From Alphaproteobacteria bacterium (GTDB taxonomy: Bacteria; Pseudomonadota; Alphaproteobacteria; UBA828): a DNA stretch of 64,000 nucleotides. A program made the translations under genes and the position numbers. The notes below the pieces were generated by a model. The model saw only the letters and a program-made list of their open reading frames with translations. It had not been told where the DNA came from and ran no database searches. Within the stretch, counting starts at the first letter, position 1. The number at the start of each line of letters is the position of its first letter. This document shows, piece by piece, positions 1 through 9,300 of this stretch. The stretch lies in the NCBI GenBank assembly GCA_965220745.1, contig CBDCQT010000012.1, positions 672,001-736,000 on the forward strand, written 5' to 3'.

Positions 1-208
1 GCAGGGTTTCATAATTGCGAAACCCGACCCAATGGCCGATCCGCGGGTTGAACAGGCTCTCGACGCGAAACGACAGCACCCCCGCCCAACCCAGCGGATA
101 GACGGCCAGCGCGATCAAAATGACGAGAGTCGGGAGCACCATCAGAAGTGCCACCCGACCCTCGGAAAGGCGCGCGGCGGGCCGCCGCGGCGATGCCAAC
201 TCGGACAT
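1..208 (-). CDS. carbohydrate-type ABC transporter permease, 5' part (runs off window edge)
   Basis: Hand translation MSELASPRRPAARLSEGRVALLMVLPTLVILIALAVYPLGWAGVLSF...WVGFRNYETL, a typical MalF-like N-terminus; directly downstream of the SBP gene. Confidence 0.8.
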   Translation of the reverse strand, partial: MSELASPRRPAARLSEGRVALLMVLPTLVILIALAVYPLGWAGVLSFRVESLFNPRIGHWVGFRNYETL

Positions 209-232
209 TACCCGATCATGGCACCGGCTCCG

Positions 233-1666
233 TTATCCGTAGTAGCCGGAATCCATCATGATGCCCTCGACGTCCTTTTCCATGGCCTTGAGCGCGTCTT
301 CGATCGACTTCTCGCCGACGATGACGGCCGAGGCCTCGTTGCCCAGGATGTCCGAAAGCGTGAACGCCTCGGGAATCAGAGGCACGAACGAGACCGCGAC
401 CGGGAACGACTTCTTCAGGCCGACGAAGTGCGGCCTCAAGTCCTCGAACTTGGTGAGGAGCGAGATGCGCGCCGGCTGCCCGGCGTTGTCGACGTAAGCC
501 TGAGAGATGCGGCTGTCGACGTAATCGCCCGAGTTCAGGTGCTTGATCCACTCCCAAGCCGCCTGCTTGTTCTCCGACCACGTCGAGACCATCTGGCCCA
601 AACCGCCCATCAACGGCCGGTGGGCGCTCTCGGGGGTCTCGCCCCGGGGGACCAGGTCGGTGCCGATCACGTCGGGGAACTGGCTGAACTCAGGATTGTT
701 CAGCACCGCCGTGCCCCACTGGATCGGCGCGTACACCGCGGAGCCGTTGGCGAGCGCCGTGTTGCACTCATCGTCCGTGGCATTCAGCGTCACCGGATGG
801 CGATACTTCATCAGCTCGACTAGGGTTTCGAGCGCCTTGTACCCCTTGTCGTTGTTGAAGGTGGGGTGCCAGCCGCCCTCTGCCTGCTTGTCGAACCAAT
901 CGCCGCCGTAGGAGGCGAGCATACCCCAGAACACCCAGCCGGCGAAGCCGCCGCGGCGGTTGGTGGTGATGAAACCGTACTGGTCGTTGTCGGGATCGTG
1001 CAGCGCCTTGGCCACCTCGATCGCCTCGGGCCAGGTGTCGGGCACTTTGCTGAATCCCGCCGCCTCCATCAGGTCGCGGCGGTAGAAGTGGAGCTTAGCG
1101 TTGCCGTCCGGGGTCAGGCCGTAAAGCGTGCCGTCGGGCTTGGCCGGCACGCGGTAGCCCTGGGAGACGGCCTCCGGCACGTCGTTCGAATAATCGTCGA
1201 ACCAACCTGCGTCCTGATCGGCGAAGCGTTGCAGCGGCTCCATGGCGCCGGCCGCCTCGAACGCCGGCCACTGGCCGAAGTCGGTGTAGAGCACGTCCAT
1301 CGTCGAGCTCTTCGAGGTGGCCAGCATCATCCCCTTGGTCACCATCTCCGAGTGCGGGCCGGCCTGAATGTCGACCTCGATGTTGGGAAAGCGCTCGTTG
1401 AAGATCGGCAGCACGCCGCGCGAGGGAAGCTCCCAGCGCTGGCCCGCCGAAACCATCATCGTCACCTTGCCGGTGAGCTTGTCGTCGGTGTACCAGCCCG
1501 GGCCCTTGGTGTCGGCGTGGGCCGCCCGCGTCCCGAGGCTGCTCGCCGCCGCCGCGGCGGCGGTCGCGGCCGTGGCCTGGAGCATCTGGCGGCGCGTCAT
1601 TTGCAGCTTGCGCTGGCGCGTCTGCTCCATCGTCTGCTTGTAGATCGTCTCTCTGTCCGTACCCAT
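233..1666 (-). CDS. ABC transporter extracellular solute-binding protein (CUT1 family), Tat-exported
   Basis: TRRQMLQ twin-arginine motif and AHA cleavage site; PDTWPE and YRRDL motifs; ATG at 1666 preceded by GGGGAGG. Confidence 0.85.
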   Translation of the reverse strand: MGTDRETIYKQTMEQTRQRKLQMTRRQMLQATAATAAAAAASSLGTRAAHADTKGPGWYTDDKLTGKVTMMVSAGQRWELPSRGVLPIFNERFPNIEVDIQAGPHSEMVTKGMMLATSKSSTMDVLYTDFGQWPAFEAAGAMEPLQRFADQDAGWFDDYSNDVPEAVSQGYRVPAKPDGTLYGLTPDGNAKLHFYRRDLMEAAGFSKVPDTWPEAIEVAKALHDPDNDQYGFITTNRRGGFAGWVFWGMLASYGGDWFDKQAEGGWHPTFNNDKGYKALETLVELMKYRHPVTLNATDDECNTALANGSAVYAPIQWGTAVLNNPEFSQFPDVIGTDLVPRGETPESAHRPLMGGLGQMVSTWSENKQAAWEWIKHLNSGDYVDSRISQAYVDNAGQPARISLLTKFEDLRPHFVGLKKSFPVAVSFVPLIPEAFTLSDILGNEASAVIVGEKSIEDALKAMEKDVEGIMMDSGYYG

Positions 1667-1772
1667 GTAAACCTCCCCTGGGTTTTGGTCGCGGAAACTA
1701 TAGCGCTGCCTCATAGGGGGTGTATACGCTGACGGAGCCGTAGACTCGGCAGCCAAGCAGCGGAGAGCCCCC

Positions 1773-3116
1773 ATGTCCTACTGGATCAGCCAGAGCGTCG
1801 ATGGCGCGCCCTTGCCCAAGGCGGTTCGTGCCGAAGGCGTCTACGTCTACGGCGAGGACGGCAAGCGCTACATCGACAGCACCGGCGGGCCGGGGCTGTT
1901 CTCCCTCGGTCACGGCCACCCCGAGGTGACCGCGGCGATCAAGGACCAGTTCGACCAGATGGCCTACGGCTTCAGCATGACCTTCACGACCGACGTGGTG
2001 GAGGAGCTCTCCGAGAGCATCGTGACTGCCGCCGGCGCGGATCATTTCGGTGGCGTGTTCTACTCGTCGAGCGGGTCCGAGGCCAACGAGCACGCGCTGA
2101 AGGCCGCGCTGCAGTATCACCTCGCGCGCGGCGAGCCCGAGAGGACCCGCTTCATCGGCCGCAAGCTCTCCTGGCACGGGGCGACGCTCGGCGTGCTCGA
2201 CGTCGGCCATCACCTGTGGCGGCGGAGCCTCTACGAGAGCGAGCTCGGCCGCGCTACCCACGTCTCCGCGCCGATGCTCTACCGGCCGCCCGAGGGCGTC
2301 GCGCCCGAGGACCTCACGCAGCACTATGCAGACGAGCTCGACGCCGAGATCAGGCGCGTAGGACCCGCGCGGGTCGCGGCCTTCATCTTCGAGCCCATCG
2401 GCGGCGGTACCGGTGGCATTCTGCCGCCGCCCGCCGGCTACGCCCAGGCCATGCGCGCGGTCTGCGACGAGCACGGCGTGCTCATGATCGCGGACGAAAT
2501 CTTCTGCGGCGTGGGCCGCACCGGCAAATGGCGGGCGCTGGAGCACGAGGGCGTTCAGCCCGACATCATGACCATCGCGAAGGGGCTCTCGGGTGGCTAC
2601 ATGCCCTTGAGCGCCTGCGTGCTCTCGCGCCAGGTGCGCGAGGTGATCGACGGCGCCTACGGCAATCTCGAAGCGGCCCGCACCTATTCCGGCCACACCG
2701 CCGCCTGCGCGGCCGGGTGCGCGGTGCTGGGCATCATCGAGCGCGACGGGCTGGTGGAGAAGGTCGCGACGGACGGCATCTACCTCAAGGAGCGGCTGGA
2801 CCGGGCGCTCGGTCAGGACGACGCGGTCGGCGACATCCGGGGCTGCGGCCTCATGTGGGGGATCGAGCTGGTCAAGGACCGAGACACCAAGGAGCCCTTC
2901 GATCCCGCGCTCCAGGTGTGGAAGCGCTACAGGGATGCGGCGCTGGAGAACGGCATGCTGAGCTATCAGGGCGGCGCCATCATCGACGGCGTGCGCGGCG
3001 ATTACGCTCTCGTCACCCCGGCCTACACGGCGACGCGGGACGAGCTCGACGAGATCGTGGACAAGGTCGCCCTCTCGATCCGCCAGGCCGTGGAGTCGGC
3101 GCGCGCCGCGGCCTGA
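1773..3116 (+). CDS. class III PLP aminotransferase
   Basis: SSGSEANE, WHGAT, EPIGG, DEIFCGVGRTG, PDIMTIAKGLSGGY motifs. Confidence 0.92.
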   Translation: MSYWISQSVDGAPLPKAVRAEGVYVYGEDGKRYIDSTGGPGLFSLGHGHPEVTAAIKDQFDQMAYGFSMTFTTDVVEELSESIVTAAGADHFGGVFYSSSGSEANEHALKAALQYHLARGEPERTRFIGRKLSWHGATLGVLDVGHHLWRRSLYESELGRATHVSAPMLYRPPEGVAPEDLTQHYADELDAEIRRVGPARVAAFIFEPIGGGTGGILPPPAGYAQAMRAVCDEHGVLMIADEIFCGVGRTGKWRALEHEGVQPDIMTIAKGLSGGYMPLSACVLSRQVREVIDGAYGNLEAARTYSGHTAACAAGCAVLGIIERDGLVEKVATDGIYLKERLDRALGQDDAVGDIRGCGLMWGIELVKDRDTKEPFDPALQVWKRYRDAALENGMLSYQGGAIIDGVRGDYALVTPAYTATRDELDEIVDKVALSIRQAVESARAAA

Positions 3117-3162
3117 ATCCGCCGCGCCGACGGGCTCCTCCGCTTCGACAGCGATACGTCTC

Positions 3163-4254
3163 GTGTTCTCCGTTCCAATTTGGGACGAGCTAGTCCCCAC
3201 TCTCGGGCTTTCCGGCGTGGCAGTCCTCGCTCTGGTGGGCGGCTACTTGTACGGCGGCAATCTGTGGTGGGAACGCCACTCAATCCGCTTCGGCAGCGAC
3301 CCATCGCCACTGCAAGTCAGCGGCGCAGTTGGCGAGCTTGTTGTTCTCGCCATGGTGGTCGCCGGAGTCGTCATCGTGATGGTCTCTTGCCCGGACGCGA
3401 GCCTGTACCACGCGGACGGCCCGGAGTTGGCCGTGGTCATCCTCTGGTTCGGTCTCGTCTACGCTGGCGCCTTCTTCCACTCGCAAAGGGAGATTAAAGC
3501 CGGGGCAGACGAGCGCGAAATCGAGGCCATCGGCGGCAGCGATCAGTCGCCCGAAGCGAAAGCCGAGCTTGACAAGCAGCTTCGTCAGAAGTTGCGGAGG
3601 GCGTATCGCGTCTACGATCTCTATTCCTGTGTGGTCTTTGGCCTTGGCGGCCTGGCGCTTGCCAAGGTCGCTCACCAATTCTGGCACGACTGGCAGAGCA
3701 ACTCGTCGGCCTCCCGGCAATTGGTCGCTCAGGCCGACGCGCTTCTGGCGATCCAGCCCGCCGTGTTTAACCTGAACGCCATCATCGAGGTCGAGCGGGC
3801 CTATCTGTCATTTCGAGAACTGCTGAACGACGTGCTCCTCCAGGTCGAGCCGATCGCCTTCCTGTTTCTCTATGTCATGTTGATGAGCCTGCTGGTTTCT
3901 GTGACGCCCATCTCGGCCGCGTATCGCAACCGTGCGCGTCGGCTGGGCTCGACCGTCTCATTGATCGCGGTGATCGTCCTCCTGGCGATCTCACTTGGTA
4001 GCTATTTTCTGCACGCGACGGTCGCCTCGCGCGGCCTAGCAAGCTCGCTCTCGTACCTGGAGTCGTGGTCCGCCACCGATTTCCGCCATTACCTGCGGTA
4101 TTCGGAGATCTACACGGAAGTGAACGCGGCAGGTGGGCTCAGCGGGTTCATCAGGGCGCTGCTTTCCGAAGCGGTGTTTCTTGTCATCCTGGTGGGTGTC
4201 GCCCAGCAGGCGGCCTCCTGGGTGCGCCATCTGATGGGACGATCAAAGCAGTGA
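3163..4254 (+). CDS. multi-pass membrane protein, unknown function
   Basis: 363-aa ORF with about 7 hydrophobic segments; lower GC than flanks; stop overlaps next start (GTGA). Confidence 0.65.
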   Translation: MFSVPIWDELVPTLGLSGVAVLALVGGYLYGGNLWWERHSIRFGSDPSPLQVSGAVGELVVLAMVVAGVVIVMVSCPDASLYHADGPELAVVILWFGLVYAGAFFHSQREIKAGADEREIEAIGGSDQSPEAKAELDKQLRQKLRRAYRVYDLYSCVVFGLGGLALAKVAHQFWHDWQSNSSASRQLVAQADALLAIQPAVFNLNAIIEVERAYLSFRELLNDVLLQVEPIAFLFLYVMLMSLLVSVTPISAAYRNRARRLGSTVSLIAVIVLLAISLGSYFLHATVASRGLASSLSYLESWSATDFRHYLRYSEIYTEVNAAGGLSGFIRALLSEAVFLVILVGVAQQAASWVRHLMGRSKQ

Positions 4255-5276
4255 TCGCAGCCGTGGCAGTCCTGCTCGCGCTGGTTGTCGCGGCCGGCGT
4301 CGTGTTCTTTGCCAATCGCCTTAAGTCTCCGCGCTACGGCGGCATCCCCTTTAGCGGGCCGGACCAGGCAGGCGCAGCCGGCGCCGTGTTGCAGATCGTT
4401 ACTTGGAACATCGGCTACGGATCACTGGGGGCAGGTGCGGACTTTGTCGCGGATGGCGGTCAGAACGTGCGCGCCCTCGGCCGCCGCAGCATAACCAGCG
4501 CGGTTGACGCCATCGGCGAGACATTGGGGAGGCTGGATGCCGATCTCGTGCTCCTGCAGGAGATGGCGGCGGCAGGTTTCATGACCCGAGGAGTCGATGT
4601 CAAAGCGGGTGTACTAAGGGCGTTGAACCGCTACCGCGTCGCCTTTTGGGAAGATTTTTCAACGACGATGGTGCCGCCGCCCTTCAATCTTTCTAACGGA
4701 TTGATGACGCTCGCTTGCGTTGCCGGCGCAGAGTGCACAGCGCAACCTCTGCCGCAAGAGCCAGGCTTTCGCCTCGGAATCCTCAAGAAGCAATACGGTG
4801 CTCTCGTGACCCGAATTCCGGTCGAGGACGGCCGCGAGTGGGTCATCATGAACATCCACCTTGCCGCGTTCGACGACGGCGGACAGGTCAGATCAAGGCA
4901 GGTCTCGGCGCTGCTGGAGTTGGCACAGGCCGCGTATCGAAGCGGCGCGCATGTGGTGATCGGCGGCGACTGGAACTTGCGACTGGTCGACACGGCGTTT
5001 CCTCATGGAACGGAGAAGAAGTTTCTCTGGTGGATTCACGACTTTCCCCACGAGGCGGTTCCCGAGGGATGGACATTCGGCCTCGATCCGTCCGTTCCCA
5101 GCGTTCGCACGCTGCATCGGCCCTATGAAGCGGGGGTCAACTACGTAACCGTCATCGACGGGTTCCTCGTTTCGCCAAACGTTATCGTCGAGCGAGTCGA
5201 GACGTTGGATCTCGGCTTTCTCCACACCGACCATCACCCGGTGCTGGCGACCCTGCGAATGAACACTGTGCAATAA
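4251..5276 (+). CDS. membrane-anchored endonuclease/exonuclease/phosphatase family protein
   Basis: TWNIGYG, LLQEM, NIHLAAF, GGDWN, IDGFLVS, TDHHPV motifs; N-terminal TM; GTG start at 4251. Confidence 0.88.
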   Translation: MIAAVAVLLALVVAAGVVFFANRLKSPRYGGIPFSGPDQAGAAGAVLQIVTWNIGYGSLGAGADFVADGGQNVRALGRRSITSAVDAIGETLGRLDADLVLLQEMAAAGFMTRGVDVKAGVLRALNRYRVAFWEDFSTTMVPPPFNLSNGLMTLACVAGAECTAQPLPQEPGFRLGILKKQYGALVTRIPVEDGREWVIMNIHLAAFDDGGQVRSRQVSALLELAQAAYRSGAHVVIGGDWNLRLVDTAFPHGTEKKFLWWIHDFPHEAVPEGWTFGLDPSVPSVRTLHRPYEAGVNYVTVIDGFLVSPNVIVERVETLDLGFLHTDHHPVLATLRMNTVQ

Positions 5277-5348
5277 CGCCCGATCCGGATTCGTCACGAC
5301 GGTCATGGAGAGCGCCGCGCAATCTATGACGCTCGCGCGACACGACGC

Positions 5349-6044
5349 CTACCCCGAGAGCACCACGCCCCACGGCAGAACCTGATTGCCGAAAACCAGG
5401 CTCGCGCCGAGGATGCGGGTGGGCTTCAGCAGGTGAGTGGGGTCGTCGTCGCTCGGCTCGAAGCGCACCGTGCCCTCGCCCCAGACGGTCTCGGTGATTT
5501 CGGTCTCTGCCGGGAGCTGAACCACCTGGCGCTTCACCGCGTCCGCGCGGTCGGCCTCCGGCAGTGCCTTGACGAAGAGGCGGGGGAAGGTCTTGAGCGG
5601 CTCGAATTCCCGGCCGGTGGGGGACATGTCGATCTCGATCACGCGCCGGCCCAGGCGCTCGGTGAAGCCCCAGATCCGGTTCGTGTCGACGTGAAGCTCC
5701 ATGGCCGCGAGCTTCATGCGAAAGCCCCAGAGCTCGCGCGTGCCGGAGCACACCTGATCGGTGCTGGTGAAGGCGTGCACCCAGTGCCCGCCGATCTCGC
5801 CGCCGTAGCGCACTTGCGCGATGACGGCGCTGTCGTAGTAGGGGCGCATCGGCACCGTGCTCTCGAAGTGCATGACCGTGATCTGCACGACGTTGGTGGC
5901 GAGCTCCAGCGGCGCCGGCACGCGGGGAGCAAGGGCCGCCTCGTCCACCTCGCAGAAGATGCTGAGGGTGCGGAAGCGATGCTGCCAGGGCGGCAGCGGG
6001 TAGGGCAGGAGCTCGGTGTCGAGCTGCTTCTCGTTCATGGGCAC
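5349..6044 (-). CDS. acetoacetate decarboxylase-like superfamily protein
   Basis: PPPW start, VPAPLE, GTRELWGFRMKLA, VWGEGTVRF..DDP motifs. Confidence 0.8.
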   Translation of the reverse strand: MPMNEKQLDTELLPYPLPPWQHRFRTLSIFCEVDEAALAPRVPAPLELATNVVQITVMHFESTVPMRPYYDSAVIAQVRYGGEIGGHWVHAFTSTDQVCSGTRELWGFRMKLAAMELHVDTNRIWGFTERLGRRVIEIDMSPTGREFEPLKTFPRLFVKALPEADRADAVKRQVVQLPAETEITETVWGEGTVRFEPSDDDPTHLLKPTRILGASLVFGNQVLPWGVVLSG

Positions 6045-6063
6045 ACTCGTCGGGGTTGGTCGC

Positions 6064-7161
6064 TCAGGAGCGGAGCCGGGTGATCACCTCGCCGGCATAG
6101 AGCCGGAGCGAGCGCACCACGGCCTCGTGGTCGATGCCAGGCACGCGGAAGCGGCAGATCACGTGGTTGATGCCGGCCTCCTGCTGCAGGGTCTTGAAGC
6201 GCTCGAACACCTGATCGGGGTCGCCGAGAACGAAGCGCTCCTCCATCAGCCGGTCAAGCGACGCCTCCGCGTCGCCGAGGGCGCCGGCTTCGGCATGGCG
6301 AGCGTAGACCGCCTGCAGCGGCTCGCCGGCTATGGCGATGGCCTCGTCCCGCGTTTCCGCGCAGAACACCTCGCGAATGACCGGGCGCTCGACCTCCGCG
6401 AGGCTACGGCCGGAGCCGGCCATGCGTTCGCCATAGGTGCGGTAAAGGGCGATCACCTCCGCATCGCTCGCCGTCGGCGCCGGCAGGATGGCGTAGCCGT
6501 TCTGCGCGGCCAGCGCCACGTCCGCTCCGTCCCCCGCCTCGACCCAGATCGGCGGGTGGGGGATCTGCACCGGCCGCGGTGTCACCGCGAGATATTTCGG
6601 CTCCAGCCCGGCGCGCTGCCACTGCAGCTTGAAGGGCTTTTCGTAGGGCTCGTGAGTGAAGGGCTGCTCGGCGTTCTCGGGCGTCTTGCGCGGGAAGCGG
6701 GTGAAGCGCCCGCCGTAGGAGAACGCGTCGGAGGTCCATGCCTTGGCGATGAAGTCCAGCGACTCCTCGAAGCGCGCGCGGCGCTCGTCGAAGGGCACGC
6801 CGAAGGCGGCGAACGCGGCCTCGCTGTCGCCGATGCCGGCACCCAGGATGGCGCGGCCGTTCGACAGCAGGTCGATGACGGCGAAATCCTCGGCTGCGCG
6901 CGCCGGATGCTGCAACGCCAGCGCCTTGCCGGCCGAGCCCAGGCGGATGAAGCGGGTGGAGCCCGCCAGAGCGCCCAGCAGATCGACCACCGAGCCGGTG
7001 AGGTCGCCGTCCACGAAGTGGCTCTCGCCGATCAGAGCCGAGTCGAAGCCGAGGTGATCGGCAAGCTCGATCTGCTCCATCATCTCGCCGTAGAGGTCCG
7101 CTGTGGCGCGACTTTCGCCACCGCCGGTCAGCTCCCAGCCGTAGTAGAGCCCCGACCTCAT
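6064..7161 (-). CDS. LLM-class flavin-dependent oxidoreductase
   Basis: ADHLGFDSALIGESHF, HPARAAEDFAVIDLLSNGR, PVQIPHPPIW. Confidence 0.9.
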   Translation of the reverse strand: MRSGLYYGWELTGGGESRATADLYGEMMEQIELADHLGFDSALIGESHFVDGDLTGSVVDLLGALAGSTRFIRLGSAGKALALQHPARAAEDFAVIDLLSNGRAILGAGIGDSEAAFAAFGVPFDERRARFEESLDFIAKAWTSDAFSYGGRFTRFPRKTPENAEQPFTHEPYEKPFKLQWQRAGLEPKYLAVTPRPVQIPHPPIWVEAGDGADVALAAQNGYAILPAPTASDAEVIALYRTYGERMAGSGRSLAEVERPVIREVFCAETRDEAIAIAGEPLQAVYARHAEAGALGDAEASLDRLMEERFVLGDPDQVFERFKTLQQEAGINHVICRFRVPGIDHEAVVRSLRLYAGEVITRLRS

Positions 7162-8195
7162 GACGCGCCCCTGAAGTGCGGGATCACGTGCTCGGCGAAG
7201 AGCTCCATCTGCCTGAAGAGGCGGTCCTTCTTCTGGCTGATGTGCATGATGCGCGGCATGAAGTGGTCGAAGTGAACCGTCTCGCGGTAAGTCTCGATCT
7301 TGCGGACGATCTGATCCGGCGTGCCGACGAACGATGCCTCGATGATCTCCCGGAACACCGGGTGCGCCAGCATCTCGCGGCGGCTTCCGGTGGCCTCGGG
7401 CACGTAGCCATAGGCCACGTACTGCTCCTCGTACATCGGCAGCAGGTCTTCATCCATGATGCGGAGCGCCTCCTCCTGCGTCTCGGCGATGCAGACATCG
7501 CGGAAGAGCCCGCACTTGATGGCGCTCTCGGGGTGGCCGGCGGCGCGCGCGGCCTCCTTGTAGATGTCGGCGTTGCGCTTGAAGAGCTCGATGCTCATGG
7601 ACGGGCCTTCCCAGAAGCCCAGTCCGGCCTTGCCGATGTTGGTCGCCTGCAGCTTGGTCCGGTTGGCGCCGACCCAGATGGGCGGGTGCGGCCTTTGCAG
7701 CGGGGCGGGATCGAGGCGCAGGTCGTCGTAGTGGAAGAACTCGCCGTGGTGGGAGAAGGTCTCGCCGGTCCAGGCCTTCTTCATCACTTCGACCGCCTCG
7801 TAGAAGCGCTTGCCCCTGGTCTTCTTCTCGATGTCGAGGCCCTCGAACTCCTCCGGCCGGTAGCCGGGCGCGAGGCCGAGCAGGAGGCGGCCGTTGGAGA
7901 GCACGTCGAGCGAGGCCTTGTCCTCGGCATCGCGCAGGGGATCGTGCAGGCCGAGCAGCGAGCAGCCAGTGCCGATGCCGATGCGCGAGGTGCGGCGCGC
8001 GATCGCGGCCAGCACGGGCAGCAGGTTGGGGCAATAGCCGTCGTACCAGAAGTGATGCTCGGTCAGCCAGAAGCTGTCGAAGCCCACCTCCTCGGCGAAG
8101 ACCGCGTGCTCCACGACCTCGTCGTAGAGCCCGGCCCACGAGCGCGGATGGACGCGCGGGCTCTGCATCCCGTAAAGGCCAAGCCAGAATTCCAC
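7158..8195 (-). CDS. LLM-class flavin-dependent oxidoreductase
   Basis: GFDSFWLTEHHF, LDVLSNGRLLLG, PLQRPHPPIWVG; GTG start at 8195 inferred. Confidence 0.9.
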   Translation of the reverse strand: MEFWLGLYGMQSPRVHPRSWAGLYDEVVEHAVFAEEVGFDSFWLTEHHFWYDGYCPNLLPVLAAIARRTSRIGIGTGCSLLGLHDPLRDAEDKASLDVLSNGRLLLGLAPGYRPEEFEGLDIEKKTRGKRFYEAVEVMKKAWTGETFSHHGEFFHYDDLRLDPAPLQRPHPPIWVGANRTKLQATNIGKAGLGFWEGPSMSIELFKRNADIYKEAARAAGHPESAIKCGLFRDVCIAETQEEALRIMDEDLLPMYEEQYVAYGYVPEATGSRREMLAHPVFREIIEASFVGTPDQIVRKIETYRETVHFDHFMPRIMHISQKKDRLFRQMELFAEHVIPHFRGAS

Positions 8196-8298
8196 GTGAG
8201 CCCCTAACGGTCGTTTGTTTGTGACAGCAGGCGGGCCGCATCGAAGCACAGGACCGCGCGCGGAGGCAAACGCGCGGGGCACGCGGGACGGCGGCTCG

Positions 8299-9297
8299 TC
8301 AGGGGAGGTCCAGCTTCGCCCGGTTCGCGCTCATGCTGGCGCTGATGCGGTGGGCGACCTCGAGCGAGCGCACGCCATCCGCGCCGGTTACCGCCGGCAC
8401 GCCGCCGGTCCGCACAGTGTGGACGAATGACTCGACCTCGCGCATGAGTGCGTCGCCCTGCTCGAAGTCCATGCGCTCCATCGCCACGCTCTCCATGCTC
8501 GGCGGCGCGTCGCCGTCCTTCTTGCGCGCGATCCTGACGCTGCGCGCGCCGTGGTCGACCGTGATGTACGTGTCGGGCTGAAAGATGCGGAGCATGCGCT
8601 CGGTCTTGAGACTGACCCGGCTCGCGGTGACGTTGGCAACGCAGCCGCTCGCGAATTTCAGCCGGGCGTTGGCGATGTCCTCGCTGGCGGAGAACACCGG
8701 CGTGCCCACGGCATCGATGTCGGTCACCGGGGAGTCCACCAGCGCCAGGACGATGTCGATGTCGTGGATCATCACGTCGAGGACGACGCTCACGTCGGTG
8801 TTCCGCTGCGGGAAAGGGCTGACCCGGACCGATTCGATGTAGAGCGGGCGGGCGATGCGCGGGGCGATGGCCTGGAAGGCGTCGGAGAAGCGCTCGATCA
8901 GGCCGACCTGCAGCACCAGCCCCTTGGCCTCGGCCAGCGCCGTGAGCTCCTGGGCGGTGGCCACGCTCTCGGTGAAGGGTTTTTCCACCAGCACGTGGAT
9001 GCCGGCGTCCAGGAAATCCTTTACCACCGCGTAGTGCGCCGCCGCCGGCACGGCGACCGAGGCGGCATCCACCCGGCCGACGAGGGCGCGGTGGTCGGTG
9101 ACGGCATCGGTGCCGAGCGGACCGGCGATGGCGGCGGCGCGGTCGGCGTCGATGTCGGCGACCGCGACCAGGCGGGCGCCGTCGATGGCCGCCGCCTTCT
9201 GGGCGTGGTAGCGCCCGAAGTGGCCCGCGCCGACCACACCGAGCCTGAGCATGTCCGCCGCGCCCTCCTGCGCAGCCGCGCCGCTCGTTCCTGCCAC
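8299..9297 (-). CDS. Gfo/Idh/MocA family oxidoreductase
   Basis: GVVGAGHFG, HVLVEKP, DVMIHDID motifs. Confidence 0.92.
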   Translation of the reverse strand: MAGTSGAAAQEGAADMLRLGVVGAGHFGRYHAQKAAAIDGARLVAVADIDADRAAAIAGPLGTDAVTDHRALVGRVDAASVAVPAAAHYAVVKDFLDAGIHVLVEKPFTESVATAQELTALAEAKGLVLQVGLIERFSDAFQAIAPRIARPLYIESVRVSPFPQRNTDVSVVLDVMIHDIDIVLALVDSPVTDIDAVGTPVFSASEDIANARLKFASGCVANVTASRVSLKTERMLRIFQPDTYITVDHGARSVRIARKKDGDAPPSMESVAMERMDFEQGDALMREVESFVHTVRTGGVPAVTGADGVRSLEVAHRISASMSANRAKLDLP

Positions 9298-9300
9298 CGC

